From the NCBI GenBank assembly GCA_964252035.1, contig OZ176211.1: a stretch of DNA of 64,000 nt, one strand, 5' to 3'. The stretch is from Podarcis erhardii. Lineage: Eukaryota. Shown here one piece after another: positions 59,251 to 64,000 of the stretch. Position 1 is the first letter of the stretch. The number at the start of each line of letters is the position of its first letter. Below the pieces are notes generated by a model that searched no databases, was not told where the DNA came from, and saw only the letters and a list, made by a program, of their open reading frames with translations. The translations under genes and the position numbers were made by a program.

Positions 59251-62200
59251 ATGCATACAGCTGTTTTGGACTACCAAAAAACATGTTCCTACCTGCGGCA
59301 GAGCAGTGGATAACACCACCCTCACCCCTCCATGTCAAGCTACAAAGCACTCCTGGTTGGTCGAGTTATTTTGCCACTTTAGGCAGAAAATCTCACAGGT
59401 ACCTTTCCCTGGCAGTAAACATGCAGTGACAGATGTCTAGTAATTTGCTGCCCTTTCATTATATCCCAAATGAGCTGCCTAAGGAAGCTGACTCACTGTA
59501 CCGAATGGTAGGGCTGGCCCTGCGACGCGTGTGTTATATTTATAATCCTCAATTTCATAAAAGGATATCAAGGCAGTATACAACATACCAGATTGTAATA
59601 AAATCTGTCATATGAGGTTTATATGTGCAAAAGTAGAAAAACTGGTTGTTTTTCTTTTTAGGAATGCCTGCTTAGATACTGTGTAGTGGCCCAAGCAAAT
59701 ATATGGGGAAGAATTCAACGCAATGCTTGCATGATGGAGCTATCTCCCCTCGCCTCTTGATTTCTGCCTGTGCCAATGTTTCTGTTAAGTTGTGGGTGAA
59801 CATATCAGACGACAGTGATTCTTCAAACAGCTCTTGTTTATTCAGAGGCCAGAACAGAACTGAGCTGAAGGGCTCAGTCAGCCTGCTTATATAGAGCTCC
59901 AGTACAACGTTACTGTAGCAACTTTCTAAAACTATCCAATCACTGAACGTCACTTTCAATCCTTCATTTGCATAACTATCTACAGTATCCCCCTGCTGGC
60001 CCAGGGTGAGAACTTCAGTACATAACACCTTCAATGGCCAAAAACTGGTGTGAGGTTGGGGAGAGAACTGCTGACATAGAGAAAATGGAGAAACAGGGTG
60101 TGGCATAGAATAACGAAGTACAATATTTCACACACCCAAGATTTTTTAGGAGGGGCATAAAAATAAAACAATTTGCTGTGGAACATTGGAAGAAATTTAT
60201 CCACTGTTGCAAGGTTTAAAAATAAATTTTCTGTTATCAGAAAATAAGAGCTAAAAATCGTAAGAATAGTGTATCTGTTCAGGTAGACAGAACGTAATAT
60301 CGATGAAACAATTGACTTTATGATACCTGCTTGTATAAAGTGTATGGTGAATGGAGACACGACGATTGGTTATTTATAGGAATGTCTATGATATTCTATT
60401 TATATTATTATTATTATTATTTTAAAAAAACACCCAGAATCAAAACTGGGCATGCCCAGGCCCCGAAGCATGCCTAAGACAGCTTGGCAAACTTTTGAAC
60501 TAAAACACTTAAAGTAATATTTTAAGACGTAAAGGAGTGCACAATTCTAATTCACTTACAGGTGCTTATTTTGGTTGCCTTATTTGGTGCCTATACCCAA
60601 TTGTGTCACCTCTAAATGTAATGCATAAAGAGGTCTTCTGTTCTAAGTTAATTTGTTTTTGTGAGCTGTATCTTTAAACTATCCCAGTGAAACATTTTAA
60701 AGTAATTGTTTTTATGTTGTATAATATGACCCAAATATTGTATTTTTGTCAGCATGTCTAATAGGTTGCTCAATAACCTTGTCCTCTACAGGTCACTGGA
60801 TCCATTCATGTTCAATGATATATCGTATGAGTGTTCATGGGTAGTTTGATACATCTTCTAATATAAGGTGAGTAGAAATAGCACAAGTTTTATTTTTTGA
60901 CCTTCTAGAAGTCTGTCCCCAGCAGAAATGAACTGCGCTTTTTAAGACTGTGTTTCAAAGAGGTGTTGGAAGCAGGAATTGTTCCAAATTAAGCTTCTAA
61001 AAGTTGGGGAGTCATTTTCTGTGATTAGCATTAAAGAGCTGATTAAGGAAAAATTTTGCTGTAAAGATTAATCATTTCAAAAGATGAAAGGTCAAATGTA
61101 ATGGGCTTCCTTTGTTTTTTGGGGGAAAAGCGAGACTTATTGAGTCCTGTATTAGTCTATGCATCTTTTAATAACCTCTTCCTTGCCCTCCATACAAGGC
61201 TTTTAAACTAAATTGGTCTGCCAGGACCTTTTGCTAAGGATAGCCTCTGCAGAAGAAATTAAAATATTTGATCTAACAAGTGAATCATAATTATCATGAC
61301 TTTTTAAAACTTGGGAATGGGTAACTTTATGAGGATGCAAGGATCTCAGTTTGGTTAAAAAACATTATATAATAACCTTAACTTTGAAAATTTATGAAAC
61401 CTTAAAGTAGACTTGAAACTGATCGTTGTCTGCAAATCTCCCTGAACCCAACCCCCAACCATGAAAACAAACACTCACTCACTCACTCACACTATTGGCT
61501 GAACAGTTATACAAGGGTTTCCAACATGACACCTGTGGGCACCAGTGTGTCTGCAGTGCCTCTTATGGTGCTTACAAAAGGTCTCAATAAATAGCCCCTC
61601 AAAAATCCACAATGCACAGGAGACTTTGCTCATCCCGGTCAGTTTCTGTTTGCACTGGTCCAGCCTCTCCTATATGGATTGTGGCCCCTAAAATATTCCC
61701 ATAATTCACTGGATGCCAGGACTAGACACATGTTCTCTCTCTTTTCTGAAAAAGGTGCAAAGATTGTCTCTGTGAGTGAGCATGGCAGTGGCTGATGTAG
61801 GTTCCTACCCCCATCCCATTTATGGGGTGCACTGATGTGGCACTGATGGGGGGCAATTACGGATAAACTGGGGGATTTGGGCTTGGGATTGGGAGAAATG
61901 AATGATTTTGGACCCCTTTGCAATCCTGATGACATTGCTAGGAGAGAGAAGGCATTTCCCAATTTGGAATTGGGATTGTGGGGGGATGAGAGAAAAGAAA
62001 TTGTCTAGCTGTTTTGGAAAATTTGAACACAATTCCTCACTGAGCTGAGAGGAGTTAGTCCACCACTAATTTCAATAACTGCTGTAAAGTACTTCAGAAG
62101 AAACGGAAAGGTCCGAAATACAAGTGATGGAGGAGCACATCTAGGAAACAGTTTATTTATTTTTATATGCATTGATCAGTTAACTAAGCAAAACCTCTTC

Positions 62201-63830
62201 CTTGGGATAAGGCATTTCCAGCCCCATAACTTGCACACTCGCCGTGTAGAGAACCAGGGCTGCCCAAGTAAGATGTACTCATTTACACCTTGCTGCAATT
62301 TCTTTGCTGTTACCTCTGCCATCCTTGCTGAGCCGCAATAGTCCAGCAAAGATTTCTGAGTTAAGCTTGGCAGTGAAGTTCTGGGTGCTTTTATCTGAAG
62401 CGCAGTGGCTGTGTGCTTGTGTAATAATCAGGTTAAAACTGCTGAGTGTCCTTTGGTCAAGGTAGTCTGTGTACACTCTTGTGTATAAAGTGGAACACTA
62501 GAGTTTTTAAAGACACAAGTACACAAATCAAACATTTGCTAAATTCTCTTTTGAAAAAAGAAATAAACCTCTTAGTAAATTGCACATTGATGTAATTCCA
62601 CTTCTGATTTCTTGAACACACACATAATTGCATGATAGTTAACCTGACACCTTTTTATCTCTTCTTCCTCCTTGATCCCACCCCCCACTTAATTCAAAAG
62701 ACAATTGTGGTTGCCCACCCACTGAATCTCATCACCCATTGCTGTGTTTAGCTCAAACTCTGCGGTAGGCAGTCTTAGCTTATGGAATCATTTTAATAAT
62801 GCTCAGATTTCCACTTCATGCCTTTATGCTCGACTGAGGATTTTTTTATATAAAAAAAGCTGAAATAAATTATGTGCCTTCATTAAGGCCCAGCAGGATC
62901 TATCTTGCAAAATTACGTTTTTATGCAAGAATTAAGATTAGGGGAACTGTTAGGTCAGTGTAATCAACCTACAAGATTTACTTTTTCATGGAAGATCTAT
63001 CATCTGTTGATAAGGCTTTCAAAGTATGCTATTTCTCAGGGATTGTAATATGCTAGCATGTACACAAATGAGCCAAGTCAGTAAACCATGGGAAATAGGA
63101 TTCCTCTAAAAAAAAATGCGCAGCAGCAGGAAATGGACGAGAATCACACTGCAAGTTATAAACTTTCTCCTTTCAGATTGGAACAGATGAATCTGTCAGT
63201 TTCCATTTCTCAATTTTCCAATCTTAAATTTAGTTCAGCACATTTCTCCCTCAGTCTGTGAGGGTTTTTTAAAGTTCTCACAAGAATTGGTCAGGCTTTT
63301 AGCGTGCTTGTCTGCTTTAATATATGTTTTCCTATGCAGCGTTGCCAAAAATCACCTAACATAATGCATATTTAAAATATATTTTCATGAGCATTTGCAT
63401 TTTTAACACACCTTGATCTAATATATGCATTTATGTACACATTTTTGGTAGAAGGACTACATCACAAAATTAACAAAAGTGTGAAATTGAAAGGATAGTT
63501 GCATTTTCTTTCAGGAAGTGCAAATTCGCAAAATGTGAATTGAACTGAATTTCTCCCCCATCTCTGCTTATCAAAGCTTGAGGCCAGTTCATGCGTGCAC
63601 TACAGTTGATAGTGCAGTACTTGAAGGCTCAGAGAATTGCCTCCACACAAAGATATGTGTGTTGCTGCTTTGGATGGCTTAAGTGCACACAGTCAATGAA
63701 AACCATGAGTCATGATGCCTTGAAAGGGAAAGATGGGATTGTCACTGGCCCTAATGTTAGGCAGAATGAGGCAGCTTCCTCTGGTTTGGGTGTTGAGAAA
63801 AGGTAGCAGATTGCTGATTTTTATTATTAT

Positions 63831-64000
63831 TGCGTGGACAGGCGGAGTCCCCAGATCCCGAGTGGTCCCCCCGTCATGTGGAATAACGACTCTAGACAAC
63901 GTGCTATGGGATTAAATTGGCCACAACTTTATTAAATTTCAAATGTGGGTAGACCTTGGCTCAGGCATTGGGCGTTCTCCCTCCCTAGTCCCCAGCCGGG
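63831..64000 (-). mobile_element. Possible LTR end (cut by window edge)
   Basis: Abrupt shift to GC/CpG-richer sequence starting with TG; aataaa on the minus strand (ctttattaaa). Confidence 0.4.

Noticed and set aside
1-64000. CRISPR arrays, operons or other prokaryotic systems
   Set aside because: The sequence is vertebrate; no regularly spaced repeat-spacer array is present.

Overview
AT-rich, repeat-laden vertebrate genomic DNA, almost certainly from a squamate and probably a lacertid lizard (four Sauria-type SINEs with TTTACC-type tails). There is no long intact gene. Nearly all listed ORFs are chance ORFs or transposon fragments. The left two-thirds holds several short + strand exon candidates with canonical splice sites and a plausible terminal exon (42205-42276) followed by AATAAA. 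They suggest the 3' part of a multi-exon gene that I cannot identify, and I could not build a fully phase-consistent chain. The right third looks intergenic, with repeat-poor blocks rich in homeodomain, PBX-HOX and RFX-like motifs that may be enhancers. Mobile elements are L2, CR1, RTE and BovB fragments, a young RTE-X-like insert nested in an L2, tRNA-derived SINEs, hAT MITEs with 8-bp TSDs, Tc1/mariner (Tigger-like) MITEs with TA TSDs, and a Penelope-type palindrome with a degenerate hammerhead ribozyme core. I found no convincing novel multi-gene system. The best leads are the unidentified gene, the hammerhead palindrome and an inverted PBX-HOX motif pair.
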